Below, one piece after another: positions 40,713-50,737 of a stretch of DNA of 64,000 bases. Position 1 is the first letter of the stretch, and every line of letters begins with the position of its first letter. The translations under genes were made by a program, and so were the position numbers. Source of the stretch: a virus (lineage: Duplodnaviria; Caudoviricetes); the IMG/VR virus record IMGVR_UViG_3300023105_001451, positions 32,001 through 96,000 of that record. One strand, written 5' to 3'. The notes under the pieces were generated by a model. It saw only the letters and a program-made list of their open reading frames with translations. It did no database searches and was not told the DNA's origin.

Positions 40713-41965
40713 AAAAAGGTAAAATTATTATTATGGAATGGATGTGTGACTACAACTATTTCGACGATGAAACTTTTGCACCTGTTAGGGAAGCATTGGT
40801 TAAAAGAGATTTAGATCAAGCAGCAGCCGAAGGATGTAATACAGTTTTAGGCATTTTATTTTTAGACGGGTTTTTGCCTATTAAAGACAAACAGGCATTT
40901 ATTGATTATATTCAAGAATTAAAAGATTATGCTGAATCTGTTGGAATAACTGATATGAGACTTGCAAGCGGCCACGGCGAAGACTTTGAAGGCTTGCCTG
41001 TGCCACATTACTTTTTTGACAATGTATTTAGAATCACATTTAATGCATACAGAAACTTGATGGATCGACTGCCTCAGTCTTGGGATACTTCACAGACTAG
41101 AGCATTGATGCTAGGTGGTATGCCTGATCGCTGCAATCGAATTGGATTGCTTGCTAGATTTTACGATGAAGGTATGGTAGGTAAGGATCTTGAGTGGAGT
41201 TTCTTTCCACCTTGGGCACCATTGGATCAGCAGTGGTGCAGAGACTATATGCGAGAAACTTTTCCAGATTGGACAGACGAAAAGTATGAAAAGTTTCTTA
41301 AAGATTGTGAAAAAAGATTTGACGATAGATACTTAACTTGTATGCCTTGGTATGGAAATTATACTACAGAAGAATTTGACGAGCCTTGGTATACAGTTAG
41401 AGATACTGAGTGGGTTCATAATCCTACGCTAATTGATATTGGTGTTTACGAAAATTGTTTGTTTGACGTAGTAGCAGAAGGTCCTAATTATTGGGGCACT
41501 GGTAATTATCAATTTTTAACAGAAAAGATATGGCGTCCTATTATGCATAGACGTCCTTTTATACTTGCAGGTTGGCCCGGACAATGGGAGTATTTAGAAA
41601 GATTAGGTTATAAAACATTCAAAGAATATTTGCCAATACCTGATTACGGAATGATAGAAGATGACGAAGAACGTATGGCGGCAGTAGTAGAAAATACAAA
41701 ATATCTACTAACACATAGAGAGCATGATGAAAAAATTCGTGAAGATGTAGAATACAATTATAACTTAATACTGCAAAAAAATGAATACCAGAAAAAAATG
41801 TGGCGTCATTGGCACGATGACTTAGGAATCGATTGGTGGCAATTAGAAAAATTTATTGTTAACAGAATCGGTTATTCGGATATTATTATACCTGTTCCTG
41901 AAGAGTTTTTGCCAGAACGTATTGAAGGTAGAGATAGAGTTTATGGAGGTGGCGGCGCAACGTGA
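40709..41965 (+). CDS. Putative glycosyltransferase (GT10-type TEK motif)
   Basis: FLTEKIWRPIMHRRPFILAG..YLERLGYKTF. Confidence 0.5.
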   Translation: MKKGKIIIMEWMCDYNYFDDETFAPVREALVKRDLDQAAAEGCNTVLGILFLDGFLPIKDKQAFIDYIQELKDYAESVGITDMRLASGHGEDFEGLPVPHYFFDNVFRITFNAYRNLMDRLPQSWDTSQTRALMLGGMPDRCNRIGLLARFYDEGMVGKDLEWSFFPPWAPLDQQWCRDYMRETFPDWTDEKYEKFLKDCEKRFDDRYLTCMPWYGNYTTEEFDEPWYTVRDTEWVHNPTLIDIGVYENCLFDVVAEGPNYWGTGNYQFLTEKIWRPIMHRRPFILAGWPGQWEYLERLGYKTFKEYLPIPDYGMIEDDEERMAAVVENTKYLLTHREHDEKIREDVEYNYNLILQKNEYQKKMWRHWHDDLGIDWWQLEKFIVNRIGYSDIIIPVPEEFLPERIEGRDRVYGGGGAT

Positions 41966-42879
41966 AGAAATGTTCTGCATTTTGGAAGCATACTAATGTA
42001 AGAGGCGATAACAGAGTATTTCCTTGTTGTCGTTTTAAAAAGCCTGTTGACACCTTTAAAGGTAGTTTGGAGGATATTCTTATATCAGATGTATACGAAG
42101 AACTTAGGAATACTGATGTATCTAAAATGCCTGAGTGTGCTAAGTGTATGTACGAAGAACACAAAGGAAGAAAAAGTTTACGACAAAAATTTAACGAAGC
42201 ATATGATACTGATACAGTAGGGTTAGAATATTTAGAAATTGGGTTTGACAATATATGTAATCTAACCTGTGACGGTTGTTGGGGAGAGTTTAGTAGTGCG
42301 TGGAGTAAAAAACTCAATCCTGATGCGCCTAAAAGTCTACATTATACAAGTATTGATGAAATTACTTCAGTTCCAGATACAATAAAAAAAGTAGTATTTT
42401 TAGGTGGTGAACCGTTAATGACTTCACGCCACGAAAAGTTTTTAAATTTAGTAAAAGATCCTAGCAAAGTTGAAATAACTTATAACACTAACGCAACATT
42501 TATGTTATCTGAGCAACTTATAAGTTTATTAAAACAGTTCAAAAATGTACATTTTATTGTTAGTATTGATGGATATAAAGAGCTAAATGAAAAAGTTCGT
42601 AGCGGAACAAAATGGATCGATGTATTAAACTTTATTGAACAAGTAAAAGATAATAATTTTTCGATGAGTATTAATAGTGTGTTACATTTAAACAACTGGC
42701 ACGGAATGCCCGAGCTAGAAAGTTTTGTAAAAACCTTAAATGTTGATTGGGAATTAAATATATTAACTTATCCTTTACATCTAGATGTTAAAAATTATAG
42801 TGACAAAGAAGAAGTAAAAACAATTATTAACGCTACAAATATACCAAACAAAGAATATGTCCTCAACCATTTATCATAA
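41962..42879 (+). CDS. Compact radical SAM protein with N-terminal Twitch cluster
   Basis: CNLTCDGC, LGGEP; CSAFW..PCC..ECAKC. Confidence 0.9.
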   Translation: MKKCSAFWKHTNVRGDNRVFPCCRFKKPVDTFKGSLEDILISDVYEELRNTDVSKMPECAKCMYEEHKGRKSLRQKFNEAYDTDTVGLEYLEIGFDNICNLTCDGCWGEFSSAWSKKLNPDAPKSLHYTSIDEITSVPDTIKKVVFLGGEPLMTSRHEKFLNLVKDPSKVEITYNTNATFMLSEQLISLLKQFKNVHFIVSIDGYKELNEKVRSGTKWIDVLNFIEQVKDNNFSMSINSVLHLNNWHGMPELESFVKTLNVDWELNILTYPLHLDVKNYSDKEEVKTIINATNIPNKEYVLNHLS

Positions 42880-43357
42880 TATACAACAGATTGCTACACA
42901 AGAGGCAAAGTCTATCGAAAACTTATTACAGCATTTTACAAATGTAATTGAAGTTGACGATAGCCCAGACTTAACGGATATCCATCCGCGTGATCGTAAT
43001 GATATTAATTTAAATTTTATAGTTGTAGATGACACGCTATTTCCAAAAACTTATAAATTATTAAAAACAATACCAGAATTTATTGATGCAAACATAATCG
43101 GGTTTGGGCCACAGTCTCAATTATATCCACATGTTGATACTGTAGAATTAGAACCGTATGCAGAAATAGATTGGCTTAGTGTGTATATAGGATTGTTTGT
43201 TCCTAGTTACGATGCAGATAAAGTTGGAGTTAAAGTAGGAAAAACTGTTTACAATCATAAAAATACTATTATCTTTGATACACAAATTCCTCATAGTGCT
43301 TGGAACTGGACAGACGACTGGTGGGTGTCAATTAGAATTGCTGTCAGAAAGTGTTAG
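42857..43357 (+). CDS. Beta-hydroxylase-like 2OG-Fe(II) cupin
   Basis: LYPHVD...FDTQIPHSAWN. Confidence 0.7.
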   Translation: MSSTIYHNIQQIATQEAKSIENLLQHFTNVIEVDDSPDLTDIHPRDRNDINLNFIVVDDTLFPKTYKLLKTIPEFIDANIIGFGPQSQLYPHVDTVELEPYAEIDWLSVYIGLFVPSYDADKVGVKVGKTVYNHKNTIIFDTQIPHSAWNWTDDWWVSIRIAVRKC

Positions 43358-44191
43358 TACTTTAATCTTTTTAGTTTTAGAAACTTCTGGAAGTGTAATT
43401 TTTTCAGCCCATGGACAAAAAGCACATTGTGATTGTGGCTCTAATCTAGTTTTAACCCACTCGTTAAATTCGTCAATTGTACAACCTAAATCTACACTTG
43501 CTAAGTCTTTGTACTTTCCGTCTATCTGAAAAGTTTTTGATAATTGTGGCAATATTGCTTGTCTAGCACATCTATAAAATCTTCCTTCTAAGAAGTACAT
43601 ACATTCTGAAGCAATACATTTTTTATGTGACTCTTTTGGATCATAAAGTTTATCCCAAGTAAGTTTCTGTCCTGGTTTTGCAATTAAGCTCTCTTTATAA
43701 AACAACCAAGACTCGCTTATTTTCCCCATATACTTTCCATCTAGTGAAAGTTCGTAATGCCATACTGCGTCTTCGTGTGAATCGTCAAAATACTTTTTCC
43801 ACGTAATCTTAGGAAAATTGTTATTAAACCAAGCAAGTGTACAACTCAAATCTTTAGGTGAATGTGCAGATATTTCTAAACGCCAATTTCTTTCTGGCCA
43901 GTCACTGGGAATTCTGTCCAAGTTTCTTCCATTCGTAACTATCCATTTATTATCATGATTAGGCCAAACAGTTTCTACTTGTTTCATCCAATCATTCAGA
44001 TACGGATTAGTAGTAGGCTCACCACCTAAGATTGTTATCCAGTCAAAGTAAACTTTGTCTTTTAATTTATACAAATCTTCATGTGGCTTAAAATGTCCGC
44101 CCCAATTTAAGTTATTGTAGGTAAAACAACTATCACAGCCAATGTCGCATGTATGACTGATGTACAAACTAAGTTCCGGTAATGTAATCAT
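43328..44191 (-). CDS. Radical SAM protein with C-terminal Cys cluster (38129 subfamily)
   Basis: CDIGCDSC, LGGEP; C..C..GRFYRC...QCAFCP. Confidence 0.9.
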   Translation of the reverse strand: MITLPELSLYISHTCDIGCDSCFTYNNLNWGGHFKPHEDLYKLKDKVYFDWITILGGEPTTNPYLNDWMKQVETVWPNHDNKWIVTNGRNLDRIPSDWPERNWRLEISAHSPKDLSCTLAWFNNNFPKITWKKYFDDSHEDAVWHYELSLDGKYMGKISESWLFYKESLIAKPGQKLTWDKLYDPKESHKKCIASECMYFLEGRFYRCARQAILPQLSKTFQIDGKYKDLASVDLGCTIDEFNEWVKTRLEPQSQCAFCPWAEKITLPEVSKTKKIKVLTLSDSNSN

Positions 44192-44272
44192 TATTACATA
44201 TTTAACCAGGACTAGTCTTTTTTACTGTAGAGATGATTAAATACATTAATATTAGCAGTAAAGGAGAACGAA

Positions 44273-45349
44273 TTGAAGGTAACTGAAATACCAGGGCTTG
44301 GGTCATTTGGGCATTATATTGACGATGTTGACTTTGATAATTTGTCTCGAGAAGAATGGTTTGAAATTGGTAAATTACATTTAAAAGGTTTAGTAACAAT
44401 ACTTAGAAATGTAAAAATTTCTAGAGATGACTACGTAGATAGAATAAGACAATGGGGGCCGGGAAAAGGAACACGTAATTCAAGAGCACATTTTAAAATG
44501 AAATATGGAGAAGATTTTGATCCAAAAGATGAAGGTGCTTTTGACAAATTTAATGTAAGTGAAGAAGATAGAAAATATTTAATTTTTAAAAGACATTTTG
44601 TTGATAAGACAGAAGGTGGAAACTTTCTTACTCGTGTTAGTGGAGAAAAAGATGCTGACGGTAATTCACTAGGTGCGTTTTCTGATGGTGAGTTGCTTTG
44701 GCATAGTAATGAGTCGAGCGAATTAACTTTTGCTCCTGAAGTAGCATTATTAGGTTTTCAACACATGAAAGGCAGTAGTACCGGATTTGTACAAAGCGTT
44801 GATTTATATCATTCATTTAGTGAAAGTTTCCGTAGTGAGTTAGACGAAATGGTTATAATTCACGAATATATTCCAGGCGGCATCAACGACAGAGAACTTA
44901 CTGATCCTAATTTAGCTCATGTTCTTAGAATGGAATTTTGTCAATTTGATGGCGCAGAAGTTCCTATGGTACTAACAAGTCCAGGAGGTAATAAAGGATT
45001 ACATTATACTACAAATACTGCAACAGGTATAAAAGGAATGAGTAAACAAGAATCAGATAAGATTTTTAAAATTATCGATGAAGCATTGTTTACAGAAAAA
45101 TATGTTTATGACCACAAATATGAATCAGACAGCGACTTATGTTTATTTGACAATAGTGTTACATTACATAGACGTAAAGATCCAGGACATCCTAACAGAT
45201 TAGCATATAGAATACAATATGATCCTTCTAATTTACTAGATAGTCCGTGGTATCCGTACAATCACTTTCCTGAATATGCAGAAAAATATAAACAACAAAC
45301 ACACGAACTTATAGAACTTACTGGTCTTAAGGATTTTAAACTACCATAA
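44273..45349 (+). CDS. TauD/TfdA-family dioxygenase
   Basis: LLWHSNE, STGF, LFDNSVTLHRR, RLAYRI; TTG start after an AAGGAG RBS. Confidence 0.75.
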   Translation: MKVTEIPGLGSFGHYIDDVDFDNLSREEWFEIGKLHLKGLVTILRNVKISRDDYVDRIRQWGPGKGTRNSRAHFKMKYGEDFDPKDEGAFDKFNVSEEDRKYLIFKRHFVDKTEGGNFLTRVSGEKDADGNSLGAFSDGELLWHSNESSELTFAPEVALLGFQHMKGSSTGFVQSVDLYHSFSESFRSELDEMVIIHEYIPGGINDRELTDPNLAHVLRMEFCQFDGAEVPMVLTSPGGNKGLHYTTNTATGIKGMSKQESDKIFKIIDEALFTEKYVYDHKYESDSDLCLFDNSVTLHRRKDPGHPNRLAYRIQYDPSNLLDSPWYPYNHFPEYAEKYKQQTHELIELTGLKDFKLP

Positions 45350-47265
45350 TGAAAAAACGAGTATACCTATTTCAAGTGAACTACCAAATGGGTCACGGAC
45401 AATATACTAGTCTGTGGCTTCCGTATAGCGTTGCGTCTGTATGGACATATGTAAATCAGTTTAAAGAAATACAAGATAACTTTGAAGTACAAGAATGCAT
45501 TTTTATGCGTGAAGAATTTGAAGATGTATTAGCTAGATTAGATAATCCTGAGTTATGCTTGTTTAGTCACTACTTGTGGAATGATAACTATAATTTAGAA
45601 TTAGCAAAGCGCATCAAAAATAAATGGCCCGAATGTATAATTATATTCGGTGGTCCGCAGGTTGATGAAATAGGGTTTAACTTTACAATGGCAAATCCTT
45701 TTGTAGACAGTATTGTAATTAATGAAGGTGAAGTAAGTCTGCATCATTTGCTAAACGATTATTTAAAAGATGATCTACGTCCGATTTATCAAATTGTAAA
45801 AAGAGTAGATCCAGCTGGGTTGCCTAGTCCTTTTGTTGACGGAGATATTTTACAAAAAGTGGTAGATGACAATCCGGGCATCAAATGGGCAACTTGTTTA
45901 GAGACAAATAGAGGTTGTCCTTTTAAGTGTAGTTTTTGTGATTGGGGAAGTTTAACGCAATCAAAAATTAAACAATTTGATCTTACAAAGGTTTACAGAG
46001 AATGGGACTGGATTGTTAATAACGGTATCGAATATGTACATATTGCAGATGCTAATTTTGGTGTATTCTATGACAGAGACAAAGAAATAGTTGATTACAT
46101 AGTCAAAAAGAAAAAAGAAACAGACTATCCGCACAATGTAAGTGCTACATGGTACAAAAACAGTGCAGCAAAAATGATTGGACTTGCAAAAATACTCGAA
46201 GAAGTAAATCTTAATAAAGGATTTACGCTAAGTGTTCAAAGTATGAATGAAGAAACTCTTGAGTCTATTGAACGTAAAAATATGGAAATGTCTAAACTAG
46301 CAGATATGTATGCAGAATGTGACAAGCAAGATGTTGCATACTATACTGAATTTATTTTAGGATTACCTTTTGAAACAAGACAAACTTGGCGCGAAGGATT
46401 ATGTGCTGCTATAGAAGCAGGATGTCATTTCTTTATTGATGTGCATCCTTTAGAAGTTTTAAAGAACAGTAGATTTGCAAAACAAGTAACAGAGTTTAAT
46501 TACGAAGTGTTTAAGTTTACAGTTGTAATGCCTAATCAAATATCACGTATTCCTGAAATGCACAATTATGTTATTGCTAGTGAGTTTATGTCAAGGCAAG
46601 ACTATATTGATAGTTGGATGTGGGCATGGAATGTGTTACATTTCCATCATTATGCGTGGACACAAGGAATAGCAAAATTTGCACGTAATCACTTAGGTAT
46701 TTCTTACTTAGACTTTTATGAAGACTTGCTTGAAAATTGCATTAAAAAAGATGAGTTCTTGAATATGCTATATGAGCAACAAGAGCATCAATTAAAAGAC
46801 TTTTTCTGGAATACAGAAAGTGATGTTGTATTTGATAACGATAATGTGATTGTTGTACTAAATCAAATCGAATGGCACAAAAATAGAGAGCGAGTACTTG
46901 ATACTATACAAACATGGGCTAGAGAATATCTAAAAGACTTACCAAACGATCTAGTGGAAGAAGTACTTAAATTTTCTGAACTGTATCTTGTTAACAAAGA
47001 AAGAGTTGTTGACATATCCGGAGATTTCAGCTATAATATAAATGAAGTTTGTAATGAAGGTGCTACATTAATTAAAGAAGATGTGTCGTATACATTTAAA
47101 AATAAGTTAACTTGGGTAGATGATAAAGACTTTAAAGATAAACTGTTTTATAAAAATAGAAACGGATTTAGCATCCTAAAAGTGGAAAGACAAAATAATG
47201 CCGGAATACGTAAAGACAATAAAAAACTTTTGGAAACAAGAATTAGCCAGCCACAAGTATGCTAG
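45349..47265 (+). CDS. Cobalamin (B12)-binding radical SAM protein (class B methyltransferase-like)
   Basis: N-terminal B12-binding domain (LPYS..YLWN..IIFGGP..EGE), ETNRGCPFKCSFCDW, DANFG, ILGLPFET. Confidence 0.85.
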   Translation: MKKRVYLFQVNYQMGHGQYTSLWLPYSVASVWTYVNQFKEIQDNFEVQECIFMREEFEDVLARLDNPELCLFSHYLWNDNYNLELAKRIKNKWPECIIIFGGPQVDEIGFNFTMANPFVDSIVINEGEVSLHHLLNDYLKDDLRPIYQIVKRVDPAGLPSPFVDGDILQKVVDDNPGIKWATCLETNRGCPFKCSFCDWGSLTQSKIKQFDLTKVYREWDWIVNNGIEYVHIADANFGVFYDRDKEIVDYIVKKKKETDYPHNVSATWYKNSAAKMIGLAKILEEVNLNKGFTLSVQSMNEETLESIERKNMEMSKLADMYAECDKQDVAYYTEFILGLPFETRQTWREGLCAAIEAGCHFFIDVHPLEVLKNSRFAKQVTEFNYEVFKFTVVMPNQISRIPEMHNYVIASEFMSRQDYIDSWMWAWNVLHFHHYAWTQGIAKFARNHLGISYLDFYEDLLENCIKKDEFLNMLYEQQEHQLKDFFWNTESDVVFDNDNVIVVLNQIEWHKNRERVLDTIQTWAREYLKDLPNDLVEEVLKFSELYLVNKERVVDISGDFSYNINEVCNEGATLIKEDVSYTFKNKLTWVDDKDFKDKLFYKNRNGFSILKVERQNNAGIRKDNKKLLETRISQPQVC

Positions 47266-47683
47266 AGTTGTTCCATTTGTTGCCAAAAACTTTGATCATT
47301 TAGATAGAGAATATTACAATAAAGATCATTTGTTACAAAGTTTTAATGAAGAACTATCCTGTGCCGATGAATTTAAAGGCGCCTTAGACGCTGTACAAGC
47401 GTCTGTAAGCTGGACTAATATACTACCTAATGTAATACTACCTACGCATAAAGATACCTTTTATACGCTACGACAGGAGCATAATGTAGAATTAGATGAC
47501 TGTTTTCGTTATTTAATTTTTTTAGAAGACTGGGTATTTGGACATTATGTAGGTTTTGAAAAGAAAAACATCACACACTGGAGAGCTGGTGATGTGTGGA
47601 AATTTACAGGACATGAAATGCATTACGGAGTAAATGCAAGCAATGTTTCGTTTCATACTTGTCAAGTGAGTACGTTTGAATGA
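47198..47683 (+). CDS. 2OG-Fe(II) oxygenase-like cupin
   Basis: LPTHKD...MHYGVN. Confidence 0.65.
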   Translation: MPEYVKTIKNFWKQELASHKYARVVPFVAKNFDHLDREYYNKDHLLQSFNEELSCADEFKGALDAVQASVSWTNILPNVILPTHKDTFYTLRQEHNVELDDCFRYLIFLEDWVFGHYVGFEKKNITHWRAGDVWKFTGHEMHYGVNASNVSFHTCQVSTFE

Positions 47684-48417
47684 AATTTGGAATCTTAGGC
47701 TACGGATATGTAGGCAAAGCAACACACAAAGGTTTGCTAAAAGATGAAAAGTGCATAGTGTACGATACTATGTTTGATGTAGATAAAAGTATTATCTACG
47801 AAGCAGACACTGTTTTTATATGTATTCCTACAATTACAGATAAAGATATTAATATTATTATTGACGAGATTAAAGACCTACAAGAACACAATCCCGATGT
47901 GCAAATTGTTATACGCAGTACATTGCCTTTGGGTGCATGTGATAAAATACAAGTAGAAGTAGGACCTATTATCTATATTCCAGAATTTTTACGTGAACGC
48001 TATTGGGATACAGATTGTTTAAAACGTCCTTTAGTTGTAGGCTGTGACGTTGCGAACTTTTTACCAGACTGGCTATTGGAAGAAGAAATACACGAGTGTT
48101 GTACTAACGAAGCAGAGCTAGTAAAGATGTTTGCTAATAACTTTGCTATAATGCGTATTGCATTTGCAAACGTATTTTATGATTTATCTGAAAGCGTAGG
48201 TGCAGATTATAATGTCGTAAAAGATATGTTTTTTAAAATACAACAAGATCAAACATACATGGAAGTACCAGGACATGACGGTACAAGAGGTTTCGGCGGC
48301 AAATGCTTGCCCAAAGACTTAGACTTTCTTATCGAAACATTAGATAAACACAATATAGATCAAAATTGGTTTAAGCACATTAGAGAGTTGAACAAGGGAT
48401 GGAAAGAAAAGTTCTAG
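47680..48417 (+). CDS. ugd: UDP-glucose/GDP-mannose dehydrogenase family, lacking the C-terminal domain
   Basis: GYGYVG, CIPT, RST, PEFLRE, AELVK, GFGGKCLPKD. Confidence 0.85.
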   Translation: MKFGILGYGYVGKATHKGLLKDEKCIVYDTMFDVDKSIIYEADTVFICIPTITDKDINIIIDEIKDLQEHNPDVQIVIRSTLPLGACDKIQVEVGPIIYIPEFLRERYWDTDCLKRPLVVGCDVANFLPDWLLEEEIHECCTNEAELVKMFANNFAIMRIAFANVFYDLSESVGADYNVVKDMFFKIQQDQTYMEVPGHDGTRGFGGKCLPKDLDFLIETLDKHNIDQNWFKHIRELNKGWKEKF

Positions 48418-49283
48418 TAACAGGCGCCAGCGGACTAATTGGCAGAGAACTATGCAAGCAACTTATAAAAGATTTTTATGTTGTTGCACTAGATAATGGG
48501 TTTAGATCTACGGCTATACCTAAGTGTAATGAATTTATAAAAGAAGATATTAATACATATGTATCTTACGTAGCCAATGACTTTGATTACATCTTTCATA
48601 TGGGAAACATAAATGGTACAAAGTATTTCTACGAAATACCTAATAAACTTATAGAAAATAATATACGTGCAGACTTTTCTATATTTAAATTTGCAGAGTT
48701 AAACACTAGCTGTAAGCTAATATACGCTTCGTCTAGCGAAGTTGTAGCAGGTACAGACACTTATCCTACAGTAGAAGAAACAGACGTTACAATACGCAAT
48801 ATACAAAACCCTAGATGGAGTTATAGACTAGGCAAACTCGTAGGTGAAAACTATCTTGCTAATAGCTCTATAGATAATCTTATAGTAAGATTCTTTAACG
48901 TATACAGTGAACATAGTTTTAGTGGACATTTTGTTGCAGACATTGCAGAAAAGATTAAGAATGACAATTATGAACTTATTGGTGCAAATGAAACTCGTAG
49001 TTTTTGTTATGTCGAAGATGCTGTTGACGCTGTAATTAATTTAAAAGATGTTTCGAACGAAGTCATTAATGTAGGTTCTGATGAAGAAATACAAATATTA
49101 GATGCTGCAAATATTATTGCAGAATCTTTAGGCAAGTTAAATGTACCTTGGATTATTAAAGAAGGACTTACTGGAAGTGTAAAAAGAAGAAACCCGGATG
49201 TAAGTTTACTTAAAAAACATTACCCCGGGTTTAAACCTCAAAAATTTAAAGATGTATTAGTTAAAATAGATCTTGCCAAGTAG
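48399..49283 (+). CDS. NAD-dependent nucleotide-sugar epimerase/dehydratase (UDP-glucuronate decarboxylase-like)
   Basis: GASGLIG, ASSSEV, YRLGK, RFFNVY, RSFCYVED. Confidence 0.85.
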   Translation: MERKVLVTGASGLIGRELCKQLIKDFYVVALDNGFRSTAIPKCNEFIKEDINTYVSYVANDFDYIFHMGNINGTKYFYEIPNKLIENNIRADFSIFKFAELNTSCKLIYASSSEVVAGTDTYPTVEETDVTIRNIQNPRWSYRLGKLVGENYLANSSIDNLIVRFFNVYSEHSFSGHFVADIAEKIKNDNYELIGANETRSFCYVEDAVDAVINLKDVSNEVINVGSDEEIQILDAANIIAESLGKLNVPWIIKEGLTGSVKRRNPDVSLLKKHYPGFKPQKFKDVLVKIDLAK

Positions 49284-50703
49284 TGCCATCATAACACTGT
49301 GCTTTATTAGTTGAAGCAAGATAAATCATCATTCCAGCTGCTGGTGCAGTAATAGCTGCATCTCTTGCTGTTGGATCAGCATATGTAAATAAAGTTGCTG
49401 CGCCAAAGAAATTTGTTTGCTGTGCTGAATTAACAACTATACCTGGAACAACGTTACCTGTTCCGTCTCCAACACCAAAGATAAGTCTTCCTGGAATACC
49501 GCCTGCTAATGGAGTGTCGTCTACCTGGGCACTCATTGCTGCTACACCCGCTGATGCGCCATTTGCGTCAGCACCAAACCACGAAAGTGTAACTACTTCG
49601 TCGTCTGCTTGTAATGCAGCTGGAGAACCTTGTGTTCCTCTTGATCTTTGAAGTATTAGCTGTTGTCCAACATCACTATCATTAAAGCCTTCGATATTAA
49701 ACAATGCATATGCATCATCAGCACTGCCGTCTGTAATTATTCTTATGCCTGCTTTTTCACCGTCTCTGTTATCACCTTGTAATAATATTGTACTTCCGGA
49801 AAAAACACTTGTAGTTATTTCTTCATTGTTAATACGTCCAACAATAGTACTTGATGTATCATCAATAATTATAGACGAATCACCTCCGAATACTGTTCCT
49901 TGTATAGAACCGTAAACATCGCCTACTACTCTACCAAAGTGTGTTCCGTTAGTGTTTCCGTAAAATGCACCGTTTGCAGTAATATCTCTACCAGTAATGT
50001 CAGCAGCTGGGATATTGGTATCGCTACCAATAACTACACCATCTAGTGTACCGCCTGAAATCGTAGCACTATCTGCTTCAAGTTGTGTAAATGTTGATGT
50101 TCCTGTTGATGCAATATCACCTTGTACATCGCCTGTAACATCTCCAACAAGATTACCTTGTATAGAACCAGTAGCACTAATAATTGTTGCACTTAATGTA
50201 TCAGTTAACGAATCGTAAATTATTGTACTGTCTGTACTAACAATTTGTGAGGTAGAAATAGAATCAGCAGTAAATTGTCCTGAAATTTCGCCGCCTTCTG
50301 CAAATATAGCATTCCATCTTCTGTTAGTAGACCCTAAGTTGAATTGTCCGTCTAGTGCTGGTCTAAGTGAGGAGTTAATCACACCAGCTACATTGACTAC
50401 ATCTGCATCTTCGTCACCTAAGTTAATTGTACCTGTTGCAGTAATAGTACCATCAATATTAATATTACCTACGCCGACAATGTTATTGTTATTTAGGTCT
50501 AAGTTGCCACCCAATTGTGGAGATGTATCACCGACAACTTCTGTAAAAGCATCTGCATCTGTTGGTCCTACCAGTACACCTCCAACTGTAGCACCGTCAC
50601 CGACAAACAACTTTTTAGTATCTGTTGTGTATATCAGTTCACCTTGTAACGGTGTTACAATCAATCTATCTGCATCTGGACCACGTCTTACTAGTAAAGC
50701 CAT
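49261..50703 (-). CDS. Tail fibre/receptor-binding protein with Mtd-like N-terminal domain
   Basis: RRG...PLQGELIYTTDTKKLFVGDG N-terminus; DTSPQLGGNLDLN; Gly-rich GxVxG repeats; GMMIY..YDGTTW C-terminus. Confidence 0.75.
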   Translation of the reverse strand: MALLVRRGPDADRLIVTPLQGELIYTTDTKKLFVGDGATVGGVLVGPTDADAFTEVVGDTSPQLGGNLDLNNNNIVGVGNINIDGTITATGTINLGDEDADVVNVAGVINSSLRPALDGQFNLGSTNRRWNAIFAEGGEISGQFTADSISTSQIVSTDSTIIYDSLTDTLSATIISATGSIQGNLVGDVTGDVQGDIASTGTSTFTQLEADSATISGGTLDGVVIGSDTNIPAADITGRDITANGAFYGNTNGTHFGRVVGDVYGSIQGTVFGGDSSIIIDDTSSTIVGRINNEEITTSVFSGSTILLQGDNRDGEKAGIRIITDGSADDAYALFNIEGFNDSDVGQQLILQRSRGTQGSPAALQADDEVVTLSWFGADANGASAGVAAMSAQVDDTPLAGGIPGRLIFGVGDGTGNVVPGIVVNSAQQTNFFGAATLFTYADPTARDAAITAPAAGMMIYLASTNKAQCYDGTTWQDLF

Positions 50704-50737
50704 GTTTATTTAACTCCTGGAATCATTTTATTATATG

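Noticed and set aside
9988-47265. RiPP cluster with a dedicated precursor peptide
   Set aside because: Intergenic gaps are too small, and I recognised no short precursor ORF, RRE/PqqD domain, peptidase or exporter in the island.
49261-50703. Diversity-generating retroelement suggested by the Mtd-like N-terminus
   Set aside because: No reverse transcriptase and no TR/VR repeat pair seen in the window; this N-terminal domain is common in ordinary fibres.
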